A stretch of DNA of 46,797 nucleotides from Octopus bimaculoides. Lineage: Eukaryota. Of the stretch, positions 1-10,275 are shown piece after piece. A program made the translations under genes and the position numbers. The number at the start of each line of letters is the position of its first letter. Within the stretch, counting starts at the first letter, position 1. The stretch spans positions 146,042,158 through 146,088,954 of the forward strand of contig NC_068982.1 in assembly GCF_001194135.2 (NCBI RefSeq), written 5' to 3'. The notes beneath the pieces were generated by a model. It did no database searches. It saw only the letters and a program-made list of their open reading frames with translations, and was not told the origin of the DNA.

Positions 1-126
1 CTTGCAACAAAGCAACTTTACTTCATTTTTCGTTTTTAATTGCGCTATTTTATATTGTATTAACTTCTTTATTCCCTATAAACCTCATTTTATCATTATA
101 ATTTATTACATTTTATTTTATTTCTA

Positions 127-1252
127 TATACAAGCACACACACACACACACAGACACACACACACACTCACACACACACTCACACACACACACACGTATA
201 TATACACACACACGAAAAAATACACGCACCAGTGCACACACATGAACGCACATATACCTCCCACACACACCACATACGTACTACATATATACATGCACAT
301 ACACACACTTACGTCCACACGAAAATACACATGTACACACGCGCACACACATGCACACACACATGCACACACACATGCACATACACATGCATACATACAC
401 ACACTCACATACACCCACGCACATCTCCACGTTCACATACACATATACCCACGCACGCGTATACACACATACACACACGTGCACACAGACACATACACAC
501 ACACGCATATACACACACATACATGCACACACTCGCACATGTAGTCACACATATCTCCCAAACACAACACACACTCATATAGACACGCACACAAATACAC
601 ACACATGGGCATAAGCACACATACACATACGCACGTGCGTGCACGCGCACAGAAACGCCGCACATGTACCTCCACACAGAACCCTCGTTCCCACACAGAC
701 ACGCACACACACATATGCACACACAGAAACATGCACACACACGAACTACACACGCACACACATACACACAAACATGTATACACATACATACACTCACACG
801 CACGTACATATATACGCGCACACGCACATACACCCACTCGCACACGCAAATGAATCTACACATACCTCCATACACACATGACACACACTCTTACATACAC
901 GCACACAATTATACACACTTGCACATATACGCACACGCACACATGGAGTAACGCACATTTACTCCAGAGACACAACTCCCGTATACACACATAAGCACAA
1001 GTACACATATATTCATACACAAATACGCACACACAAACAGTCACACACTGCACACAAAACACACACTCACTACATATACATNNNNNNNNNNATACGCACA
1101 CGCACACATGGAGTAACGCACATTTACTCCAGAGACACAACCCCCGTATACACACATAAGCACAAGTACACATATATACATGCACAAACAGTCACACACT
1201 GCACACAAAACACACACTCACTACATATACATACACACACACACACACACAC
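127..1252. repeat. Degenerate (CA)n/(CATA)n low-complexity tract
   Basis: Almost continuous CA/TA dinucleotide composition. It generates the His-Thr (+) and Cys-Val (-) pseudo-ORFs in the track. Confidence 0.95.
927..1230. other. ~150-bp near-identical duplication on both sides of a 10-N gap (probable assembly/haplotype overlap)
   Basis: atacgcacacgcacacatggagtaacgcacatttactccagagacacaac.. at 927-1081 recurs at 1092-1230 with one substitution and a short indel. Confidence 0.75.
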
Positions 1253-1539
1253 AATTCAAACTACCAGTTAAACATCTTTCTACTGATTCCCCCCTCCTAC
1301 GCACATGTGAAGGAAGACACATAAAAGACAGCTACTCCCACCAAAAAATCCTACTATATATTCTTCCTACCACATTAAGCGACACAAAGTCCAATCACAC
1401 ACACACATACATATAAACAGCCAAATCCACCACCCATACATACACGCACACACACATACACGTGCTATTATTACACACACACACAGATCTGCGCACACAC
1501 ACATACCCACACATACACACACATACCTCCTTCTCTTGC

Positions 1540-2000
1540 ACTCTCGTCTTAGAAAGATCTTTTTCTTCACCCATTCCCTTCCGGTCATTTCAAAATGTAA
1601 CCACGTGTGTATCGTTAGCAAATTTCTTCCTCCGATTTTCTTCTTTTGGACTTTCCTCTATTTCTGCAGAAAAGCTTTGCTCGAAACGTAAAATCCTCTT
1701 TCTTACCTTTACCGAGCGTCTGATAATACAGTATTTGTACCACGTCTTCGCGTTGTTGTTTTTTCTAGTTTGTTCTCCTATGTTTAGATTTACTATACAT
1801 ATATATTTATAAGAAACATCACCAAAACACGGCAACTTCACCTTGTAAATCAGTATGTCTCCTCCAGAAAAGAATGGACGAAATAGACAGGAGGAGGCAC
1901 GTTGGATGAAGGGTCGTTGAAGAGTCCAGAGTATGCGTGATGAAGGACACCGAAATAAGAATGATACTAAAGCTGAAGTGAAGAACAAGTGTGCGGTTAA
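1540..2000 (-). mobile_element. Degenerate Penelope-like element, Cys-linker/GIY-YIG endonuclease remnant
   Basis: Minus-strand translation RCPSSR..PFIQ..DILIYKVKLPCFG..NIGEQTRK..LHFEMTGREWVKKKIFL loosely follows the PLE pattern (LIYxIxCxxC..YIGxT..R..H..PFYKM..R..KE..FI). Heavily decayed. Confidence 0.4.
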
Positions 2001-2029
2001 TTGACAAATATATGACCATTACTGAATAT

Positions 2030-2072
<43 letters not shown>

Positions 2073-2210
2073 CATGATATCTATTTGCCAATGTTACATG
2101 TAGTAACGTGGTACTACGCAGGACTGACCCCTTACGTTGGTAAATAGATTTTACTGTGCAGTAGATTTACTACTTAAATCTCATTCAAAGATTTATAACT
2201 AGCTGTTTTA

Positions 2211-2372
2211 CTCTCTCTCTCTCTCTATCTTACACATACACACACGTGCAGACACACGTGCACACACACACACACGTGCACACACACACACGTGCACACA
2301 CACGAATATATACGTTTGCTTGTCTGTGTGTGCGTTTGTGTGTGGTTGTGTGAGTATGTGTGTGTACTTGTG
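2211..2372. repeat. (CT)n, (CA)n/CACGTG and (TG)n microsatellites
   Basis: Direct reading of the sequence. Confidence 0.9.
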
Positions 2373-2471
2373 TGTATAGATGAATATGTGGGAATTTATT
2401 TAAATGTCAAAGTAGCATATTTTAATCAGAAAATCTTTATAAGAGATAAAAGCGGTAACTATACTGAAAAT

Positions 2472-2740
2472 TAATATTTATCGCCACATCAATATGGATA
2501 GTTGACGTATCTACAGCTTTTAACCCTAGAAGGAGCCTTCTCCAACTGGCTATCGATGCAACCTATACCTGATATATATTGCAAGCAGTTGAGCGAACCC
2601 CTACCATCTTCTATCAGACAACGTATTCACCAATATATACCGATTGCAGATTGCATCGATAACCAGCTGGAGGAGGCGCTCCCTGGGGTTAAAAACGGTA
2701 ATAACGTCGAACAGCCATATTGACCTGACGATAAATATTA
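2472..2740. mobile_element. Fold-back MITE-like element with ~110-bp imperfect inverted arms and TA flanks
   Basis: Left end TA-ATATTTATCG (2472-2483) is the exact reverse complement of CGATAAATAT-TA (2729-2740). The arms stay alignable: AATATGG, GACGT, TTAACCC, CTCCA.CTGG.TATCGATGCAA, TATATATTG. Confidence 0.8.
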
Positions 2741-2893
2741 CTTCTTAATATGTATATACATATATATGTATGTATATATGTAGATATGTAGTTATGTAGT
2801 TATGTATTAGTTATGTATGTGCGAGTGTGTGTATTTCGAGTCACTAAATGAATAAATGATCAGAATACATTTTTATTATTTCGTATTTGCCGA

Positions 2894-3110
2894 GGCGGTG
2901 TGTCGGCAGAATTATTAGCACACCAGCCGAAATGCTTAGCGTTATTTCGCCCGTCACCATGTTCTGAGTTCCAATTTCGCCGAGTTCGACTTTGACTTTC
3001 ATCCTTTAGAAGTCGATAAATTAAGTATCAGTAAAACACTGGGTTCGATATAATCGATTGTCCCCCTCTCCCAAATTTCAGGCCTTGTGCCTATAGTAGA
3101 AAAGATTATT
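2894..3110 (+). mobile_element. Full-length tRNA-derived SINE (octopus-type) with 19-bp target-site duplication
   Basis: Head GGCGGTGTGTCGGCAGAATTATTAGC, B-box-like GAGTTCCAATT, body ..GTCGATAAATTAAGTATCAG.., tail GCCTTGTGCCTATAGTAGAAAAGATTATT. Flanks attatttcgtatttgccga (2875-2893) and attatttcgtatctaccga (3105-3123) match 17/19. Confidence 0.9.
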
Positions 3111-3780
3111 TCGTATCTACCGACAGTGCCCTCTTTCTCTCTCCCACTCCCAAATTTCTGGCTCTCCTCTCGCTCCCCCTCTCTCTCACTGTATCTCCCT
3201 CTCTGCATATATACATGCACACACATACACACACACAGATATGTATATAGAAAGAAGGTGCATTCCTACGTATTTGTGAGAAGATTTAATAAAAATACAA
3301 GCCAATATAGATTTTGAAAATATGCAAGCGTTGTTGTTCTTAATATTAAACTACAAATTTCAATATCAATTGCATTTTAGAATTTAATTTAAATCATTCG
3401 TTGTTTCAAGTGTTTGACACTCGACTTTTTGTGATATATAATTCATGTTATAAAATGAAATACCTGTTTTTAATACGTTAGATATAATTGAACAGAAGGC
3501 CTTGAAAGCAATAACAGACATTCTGGCAGGAAATGGTTCCCAGAGTAAAATATAAAATCCTATATTTTGGTACAAATCTTTTTACCTACGGTTATTGTCG
3601 AATTTTATTTACGATTTTCTAAATTAATTACATTTTAATGGGAGTTCTTTTTACTTAAACACATTATGAAGCAGCTTTTCCACCAGAATTATTGATAAAC
3701 ATTATTTGACTTGATTTTTATCGGTAACATATATTTTGCCTATTTAAGTTATACATTGATTGAGAAATAGTAATACCTCT

Positions 3781-3995
3781 TTCTAAAGCTTTAGTACACG
3801 ACCAGTAATTTTGAGAGGAGACTCAAGTCAATTACATAGATCACAGTGTTCAGCTAATAATTACTTTATCGACAAGGAAAGAATGATAGGCTGAGTTAAT
3901 ATCGACGGAATTTGAAATCAGAACTGAAGAGCCAAAATAAATGCTGCTCAGCATTTTTGTATGATGCGCTAACGATTTTACTAGCTCACAGCCTT
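3781..3995 (-). mobile_element. SINE, same family as 2894-3110, diverged
   Basis: The reverse complement aligns along the length of the 2894 copy (head aaggctgtgagctagtaaaatcgttagc..). Confidence 0.8.
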
Positions 3996-4023
3996 AATAA
4001 AATCAAAGTCATGGTGGTAAGAA

Positions 4024-4146
4024 TAATCATTTAAATTATGGCTACAAAGTCTGAAATTTCGGGGGAGGAATAAAGTCGGCTACATCGACACTCATGTTCA
4101 ATTAATATGTTACTTAACCGATCCCGAGAAGATGAAAGGCAAATTA
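4024..4146 (-). mobile_element. SINE 3' half, same family
   Basis: Reverse complement of ..tttgcctttcatcttctcgggatcggttaag..gtcgatgtagccgac.. matches the SINE body and tail. Confidence 0.7.
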
Positions 4147-5190
4147 GACCATGGTGGTATCAGGGACTGATAAGTGAGGAAGACTGTGTGCGTATCGAAG
4201 TCGAGAGCTTAATGGGATACCTAATTCAAAGTAAGGAAACCTTTTTAGTGACAGTTAGAAACCGGGGAGTATTGAAGCAGAGAAAAAAAGGGAAAGCAGA
4301 GAAAAAAAGGGAAAGCAAAGAAGTACAAAAAGAACATGAAGTAAAATTACGGAAGAAGGGATTACACCATTAATTCCATGTAGCCATAAGAGAAGTTGCT
4401 GGAAAAAATAGGTGGGATTGGCTGACGAAAGTAGCACTAAAAGAAAAAAAGACCGAGGGCACTATACTGGCAGCGTAAGACTAAGATATGGCTACGAACT
4501 GAAGGTTCAACCTTTGTAATGAGCAAGCGTCTCCGCATCATTAGCAGAGTGGATGAAACCATTGTCCATATCACGAACGAATGCCCTAGGCTAAAACCTC
4601 TATAAGTTATGGTGACATGATCAGGTAATGAAAGTGCTACGTTAGAAACTATGCGAAAAGTGGGGGCTACAGAGAGGCAAGACGTGGTATCAGCACAAAC
4701 CACGGAGAGTGACGGAGTCGGAGACTACCAAAATCCTCTGGGATATCCAAATCCCAACAGAGTAGTTGCTAGATCATAAGATCGGAAATAATGGTATCGA
4801 CAAGATGCACCACATGTCCTATGTAGTTGATGTTGCATGCTTATTTGACGCACGAATATTCAATAAGAAAAGCGAAAAAATAGATATATGCAACCCTATT
4901 AAGTAAGAAATAGCCCTGCTATGGAAAATGGAGAAGATGAAGATATTACCAAATATCATTGCGTCCTTGGGAATAATATCACAAGGCATCAAGTGAATTA
5001 TAAAGGAAAGAGGAATAGAGTGCCCAGTAGAACTGTTACAAACGTTTTGCCACCTTGGCACGGCCAGCATAATCAGGAAGTAATAGTTAGCTGAAAAAAC
5101 TAATAATATGGTGCCATACGCTGTAGGTAGCAGGCCCGCTACGCATGCAAGACTCCAGGAGTTTCAACAAAACCTGTGATAGAAATAAGT
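4147..5190 (+). mobile_element. R4/Dong-clade non-LTR retrotransposon 3' fragment (thumb, CCHC, RLE endonuclease, 3'UTR)
   Basis: Frameshifted translation: ISEEDCVRIEVESL..KTEGTILAA..DETIVHITNECP..KILWDIQI..VDVACLFDARI..ECPVELLQTFCHLGTASIIRK. Ends in a short UTR and aataa. Confidence 0.9.
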
Positions 5191-5199
5191 AAATAATAA

Positions 5200-6008
5200 A
5201 GTCGCAAGAAGAGAGCAAGCAGTCAACAACGAAGGCATCCAATTACCAGATGGCCAGACAATAAACTCATTGAAAGGAAGAGAGAGTTATAAGTATCTAG
5301 GAGGAGTATTAGAATCTGACAGAGTACTAAGTGCAGAAATGAAAACGAAAATTGAGAAGGAGTACATTGGAAGTGTGAGGAAGCTAATGAAGTCAAAGCT
5401 AAATAATCCGAATCTAGTGAAGGCTGTAATTACTTGGGCAGTATCGTTACTTAGATACTCAGCAGCTTTTTGTGGATTGGACAAAAACTGAATTAGAAAA
5501 AACTAGACAGAAGAAATAGGAAGGAATTCAATATGAATGAAGGACTCCGCCTAAAGGCAAGAGTAGCAAGATTAGCAAGATTATACCTACCTAGAAAGTG
5601 AGGCGGAAGATGGTTAAAAACAGTAGGAGACTGCGTGGAGTTATAGGTAATAGTGAAGAAAGTTTATTAAAAAACTGCTAGAATCACAGCAAGACATCGG
5701 AAAACAAAACACCCAACGAACTTAAAGCCAGAAAAGAAAACAGAAATTATCTGACTGGCAGTAGAAAGCATTATATGGTAACTTACCGGAAAAATAATGT
5801 TTGTTAGTAGCGGCACAAGATCAAGAAATAAGGAGTAATCGGAAAAAAGACAAAATAGACAAAAACCAAGTAGATTCCCAATGTGGATTATGCAAATCAA
5901 AAGAGGAAAGCGTTACTCATATAGTAAGTGAATGTAGAATGTTGGGACAGAAATAATGCTAGAAAGGTCATGACAATCTAGGGAGAGCAATCCAATCGGA
6001 GCTATGCA
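5200..6008 (+). mobile_element. R4/Dong RT C-terminal to CCHC fragment, running into a gap
   Basis: GIQLPDGQTINSLKGRESYKYLGGVLESD..KSKLNNPNLVKAVITWAVSLLRYSAA..RLYLPRK..CGLCKSKEESVTHIVSECRML..RHDNLG. Confidence 0.9.
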
Positions 6009-6757
6009 NNNNNNNNNNNNNNNNNNNNNNNNNNNNNNNNNNNNNNNNNNNNNNNNNNNNNNNNNNNNNNNNNNNNNNNNNNNNNNNNNNNNNNNNNNNN
6101 NNNNNNNNNNNNNNNNNNNNNNNNNNNNNNNNNNNNNNNNNNNNNNNNNNNNNNNNNNNNNNNNNNNNNNNNNNNNNNNNNNNNNNNNNNNNNNNNNNNN
6201 NNNNNNNNNNNNNNNNNNNNNNNNNNNNNNNNNNNNNNNNNNNNNNNNNNNNNNNNNNNNNNNNNNNNNNNNNNNNNNNNNNNNNNNNNNNNNNNNNNNN
6301 NNNNNNNNNNNNNNNNNNNNNNNNNNNNNNNNNNNNNNNNNNNNNNNNNNNNNNNNNNNNNNNNNNNNNNNNNNNNNNNNNNNNNNNNNNNNNNNNNNNN
6401 NNNNNNNNNNNNNNNNNNNNNNNNNNNNNNNNNNNNNNNNNNNNNNNNNNNNNNNNNNNNNNNNNNNNNNNNNNNNNNNNNNNNNNNNNNNNNNNNNNNN
6501 NNNNNNNNNNNNNNNNNNNNNNNNNNNNNNNNNNNNNNNNNNNNNNNNNNNNNNNNNNNNNNNNNNNNNNNNNNNNNNNNNNNNNNNNNNNNNNNNNNNN
6601 NNNNNNNNNNNNNNNNNNNNNNNNNNNNNNNNNNNNNNNNNNNNNNNNNNNNNNNNNNNNNNNNNNNNNNNNNNNNNNNNNNNNNNNNNNNNNNNNNNNN
6701 NNNNNNNNNNNNNNNNNNNNNNNNNNNNNNNNNNNNNNNNCAATAATAATGATAATG

Positions 6758-7655
6758 ACAAGCAGCCTAGGAGGAGCACTCTGATTTCAAAGGCAGGGGA
6801 GCTGACTTGGCGGGCTACCTTGATAGAAATGGTGTCTCGATAAAAATACCGGTTGGTAGTAACCTAAATCACACCTCACTTGTGAGTGAAAATGCCAAGC
6901 AAAATAGATGAGGATAACGGTGTGAACGGGCCTGGAACCAATGGTGAGGGTGCCGCACCCGGCAGGTGCCCCACTTTGCAGCAGGAAGAGCCTGGTCGTA
7001 ATCCAGCAACTGCTAGCCATGTTACAAGACATAAGTTGAGTAAACAAGTAAACCTGATGTTTATGCAGTGTTACTACCAGAGCGCCCCAGTGGATGTGAA
7101 TGGCGTGCCTGTCAGAGGGTACAGAAAACGAATGCACACTGAATGGAAGGCAACGGAACTGTTCGAAATTACTGAACAAATATTATGTAACCAAGCAAGA
7201 TCAATACGAAAGGATGGATAGTTAACAGAATTGCAGCTAGAAGCTATTAAATGAAGGATGTTGGATGAGGCTGGGCTTCTGCGTATTGAAAGTGGTATAG
7301 TGGGAGAAATCGACATAACATGCTCCGGTGACAACAGGATCAATGTGAAAGAAGGAGAAAAAATAAACAACTATAATGATATAAAGTGGGAAATGCGAAG
7401 GTTGTGGTAAATGAAGAGAGTAGACGTGATACCAATAGTAACTGGTGCACCTGGAAGTATCAGCACTCAACTACCAACATGGCTGAAAAATATCTATGCA
7501 ATTGTAAAGGTAGAACATGCAAAATTGAGCATTGCTTGGAACTGCAAGAAATCCTCGCAGGGTCCATGAAGCATGACCAGTAAACTAGTGTCGCCTTAGT
7601 TTGCTGGCTGTGGATAGCTGACACTTTCTGTCATCTCCAGCAAGATAATACAATT
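6758..7655 (+). mobile_element. Internally deleted R4/Dong element (5' leader and N-terminus fused to RLE end and 3'UTR)
   Basis: N-terminal MPSK..KQVNLMFMQCYYQS..RGYRKRMHTEW..TEQILCNQARSIRKDG joins at ~7305 directly to IDITCSGDNRINVKEGEKINNYNDIKWEMRRLW..VIPIVTGAPGSI. RT is absent. Preceded by aataataatgataat. Confidence 0.85.
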
Positions 7656-7727
7656 CTGTATTTGAGATGAGGAATTATGTACATTATTTGCATTTGACGG
7701 ATAGTTGTCCTCATCTTGTTTGTTGTT

Positions 7728-7775
7728 AAAACAACGTTTCGGCTGATACACACTCCAGCCTTCATCAGGTGTCTT
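7728..7775 (-). ncRNA. Minimal type I hammerhead ribozyme motif (PLE-associated)
   Basis: Minus strand reads AAGACAC-CTGATGA-A-GGCTG(gagtgtgtat)CAGCC-GAAA-CG-TT-GTTTT: intact core, perfect 5-bp stem II, palindromic AACGTT as stem III, stem I with 4 of 5 pairs. Confidence 0.65.
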
Positions 7776-7850
7776 GGGGAAATTTCGAACCTAGGTTCTT
7801 ATTCCTAAAATATTTTTCGATATTACTATTATTATTATTATTGTTGTTCA

Positions 7851-7922
7851 GGTCACAGCTAGGAATCGAACACGGAATCTTGGGGTTAGAAGCCTGCGCA
7901 CTTAACCACTATGCCATATGCC
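7851..7922 (-). pseudogene. 72-nt tRNA-like module (A box, B box, CT-TCT-AA loop), not a functional tRNA
   Basis: GGCATATGGCATAGTGGTTAAGTGCGCAGGCTTCTAACCCCAAGATTCCGTGTTCGATTCCTAGCTGTGACC. The D stem GCAT/GTGC pairs, but the anticodon, T and acceptor stems are broken. Confidence 0.75.
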
Positions 7923-8185
7923 TGTGGGAAATTATGGAGTGAATTTTAAGGCTTATAAATCTAATATTTTCCTATCTTTCCTTGATATCACTTCCCATAT
8001 GCTATTCATACCTGCACTCGGTCTGTTTAGGAGGTTGTTGTGTCCTAGCATATGTGCTGTTTCTTTTAGTTTTCGTATTTTCTAGTGGTGTTCTCTGTCT
8101 ATTATTCTAACTTCATCTCACAAGGGGAGATGGTCTCCATTTTCCCATACATGATCAGCTATACCCGATTTATGAATATCTCGAG

Positions 8186-8282
8186 TCACAGCTCGGAAAA
8201 TTTGAACGAAATAACTAGCAGACGGACGAAATGCCACCAAGCACTTTGCTAGCATGCTAAAAATTGTGCCAGCTCGCTGCCT
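8186..8282 (-). mobile_element. SINE 5' half (head)
   Basis: Reverse complement aggcagcgagctggcacaatttttagcatgctagcaaagtgcttggtggcatttcgtccgtc..gttcaaattttccgag matches the head of the 2894 SINE. Confidence 0.8.
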
Positions 8283-8450
8283 AGTGCCTAGTAGAACTGT
8301 TACTAAAGGTTTGCCTCCTTGGCTCAGCCAGAATAATGAGGAAAGTATTAAATAATTTAAAACAACGGATAACAATATACCGTAGGCTGCAAGCAGCCAG
8401 CCGGCAATTCATGCAAGAGGTTGAAAGGAATATAATAATGAGAATATGGG
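8283..8450 (+). mobile_element. R4/Dong extreme 3' end with UTR
   Basis: agtgcctagtagaactgttactaaaggtttgcctccttggctcagccagaataatgaggaaagta (ECPVELL.KVCLLGSARIMRKVL-like). The UTR resembles 5100-5190 and 21900-22000. Confidence 0.8.
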
Positions 8451-8484
8451 ATATTGGGAAAAGTAATTAACAGTTACAGGACAC

Positions 8485-9620
8485 CTACTCAGAACACCCA
8501 CTCAGAGATGTCAAGATAAATGGGAGGGAGTACCTTGCAGCTTGATAGCCTATCGCTACTACTGTTTTAACATTGCACTTTTCTTAGAAAAATACTAGGG
8601 GAGAGTAAACTATTTGTTATTCATCTGACTTAAAGCAATGCATCAAAACTGTGAGGTAATTGGCGATCCTTTTCAATATTATGAAAATATTTAGGAATGG
8701 CGTCAAAGTTTTGTCTTTCGAAGAATGGATCCCGTATTATAAAGAATGAGAAATGCTATAAAATAGATTGAATAAATCCACTAAACGAGGAGATATGAGA
8801 GGCTGATACAGATTATCGATACAAACAAATATTACGGAATCTTAATATACCTGAAAGCATAAGGTGAAAATTTTCGAAAATACAATGAAAGATACAATCA
8901 GGAAAGAAAATGACTGAAGAGGAAGTATAATATTCAAACGCAATGGGGTAAATACCATCACTGACATAATCTCAAAAGCTTTATCCATCAATGGGTACAA
9001 CGCGAAAACTATCGAATGAACAAAAGAACATCTTGAAAACAGAGAAAACAAGCATAATTCTTACAATCTACCGAGATGTACACTCAAAGGCAGCTGCTGA
9101 GAGATTGTATTTCAATAGAAAGCATGCAAGATGAGGATTGATATGTGAAGGAAACTGTGCAAATAGAGGTAGCTGGGTTGGGGAAGTACGTTTTTGACAG
9201 AAATGATATGCTTCATGTAGCAGAAAGAAGGGGAAATATTTTAGTTGATGGAAGATAAAAATGTAAAGTTCCTATTGCTAAAAAAACAACAATTCTGTGA
9301 AAATTGTTTATACGGACTGGTTTGTTTTTCAGTGTACTGAATGTTATCAAAATCAGAAGGCGTTTCAATGGTTGACGAGGGGAGTGCTAAAACGGAACAA
9401 ATTTCGATGTATGATCGATATCTAGATATTGAGATGCAAACATTTTGATCTACACACGATGGATTCTGCAAATTCTTCGTCTATAAAGAGATTGCATTTA
9501 ACACCAAGATTTTTGTTGTTGATAGATATCTAAGCAGTAGTTAGGTTCTATAACGACGCTTCATATCGATGTTTACGGTGTAATGTAACGGTAAATGAAA
9601 ATGTATTGTTCTATGTTTGT
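8485..9620 (+). mobile_element. Highly degenerate R4/Dong copy: 5'-leader-like motif joined to RT domain 5 through thumb
   Basis: Leader-like cactcagagatgtcaag..gggag..ccttgcagcttgatag, then gtaaactatttgttattcatctgacttaaag (VNYLLF-DLK), RLYFNRK and WLTRGVLK remnants. Confidence 0.6.
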
Positions 9621-10195
9621 GATGTGTGTGAATCCCAATACATAAATAAGCGTTTTGCCAGTTTGAACCTCCTCGCCTTCAAACTGCCGAGGATTGCAAG
9701 ATGGATTCGGTTTGCAAATAGTTTCAGTTACCTTATCCTTTTGAATTAAAGCTCATTTGAGCTCAGTTGACCTGTTAGCTAGCGCAGAAAAGGAAAGCCT
9801 AGAACAAATAAGTGAACTTTTTTCTCAAAGCTAAAAGACAGAAACAAAAATCTTTTGTTTGCAAACGAGGGGCAATGATTTCAATAAACCTTACATAAGT
9901 ATTTATAGGAGCACTAGGCCTATATCTGAAAAGTTGTAATCACAGGACATTATTTTCGGAAACAAAGAAAAGACAATGTGAAGCGGCCGGTGGTATAAGT
10001 TCACTCACAGTTGCCCGAAATATATAGACCAATAAAATGCAGAAGCGTCGCAATGAATTGATTCTCGTCTCAGTATTGATTTTGTGGTGACTGTCTGTAC
10101 AGAAGTGTAACTAATAATAATTATCGCAAGAGTGTCTTGTCAGGAATGCTTAAGGAAGTGATATGAAATCGATCGTGAAAAACAGAAAAGCAACA

Positions 10196-10275
10196 ATTAC
10201 AATAATGATGATAATGATGATAATAATAACAATGATGATGATGATGAAAATGTTAATAACAATAGTAATAATAAT
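10196..10275. repeat. Mixed (AAT)n/(GAT)n trinucleotide tract
   Basis: Direct reading. It lies immediately 5' of a truncated Dong fragment. Confidence 0.9.

Larger units (their letters stand above)
7656..8185 (-). mobile_element. Penelope-like element 3' end (GIY-YIG C-terminus plus 3' region)
   Basis: Minus translation HKSGIADHVWENGDHLPL(W)DEVRIIDREHH*KIRKLKETAHMLGHNNLLNRPSAGMNSIWEVI matches the PLE endonuclease tail. It is followed by tRNA-like, (AAT)n and hammerhead motifs. Confidence 0.85.

Noticed and set aside
2-1416. Many long His/Thr- or Cys/Val-rich ORFs
   Set aside because: They are translations of (CA)n/(TG)n microsatellite, which lacks stop codons. Not genes.
1937-1955. GTGATGAAGGACACCGAAA as a hammerhead remnant
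   Set aside because: First core base is wrong, stem II is negligible, and it lies antisense within a putative PLE coding remnant.
2240-2300. Repeated CACGTG (E-box) motifs
   Set aside because: They arise from variant units of a (CA)n microsatellite. No evidence of regulatory function.
2725-2745. CTGACGA as a second hammerhead core
   Set aside because: No stem II or GAAA follows. It is part of the MITE terminal arm.
5913-6843. Long ORFs spanning N runs (also 13870-15021, 28746-29579, 43715-44783)
   Set aside because: They are open only because N codons are not stops.
7851-7922. Functional tRNA-Arg(UCU) gene
   Set aside because: Acceptor, anticodon and T stems have several mismatches, and the unit lies in a mobile element followed by (AAT)n.
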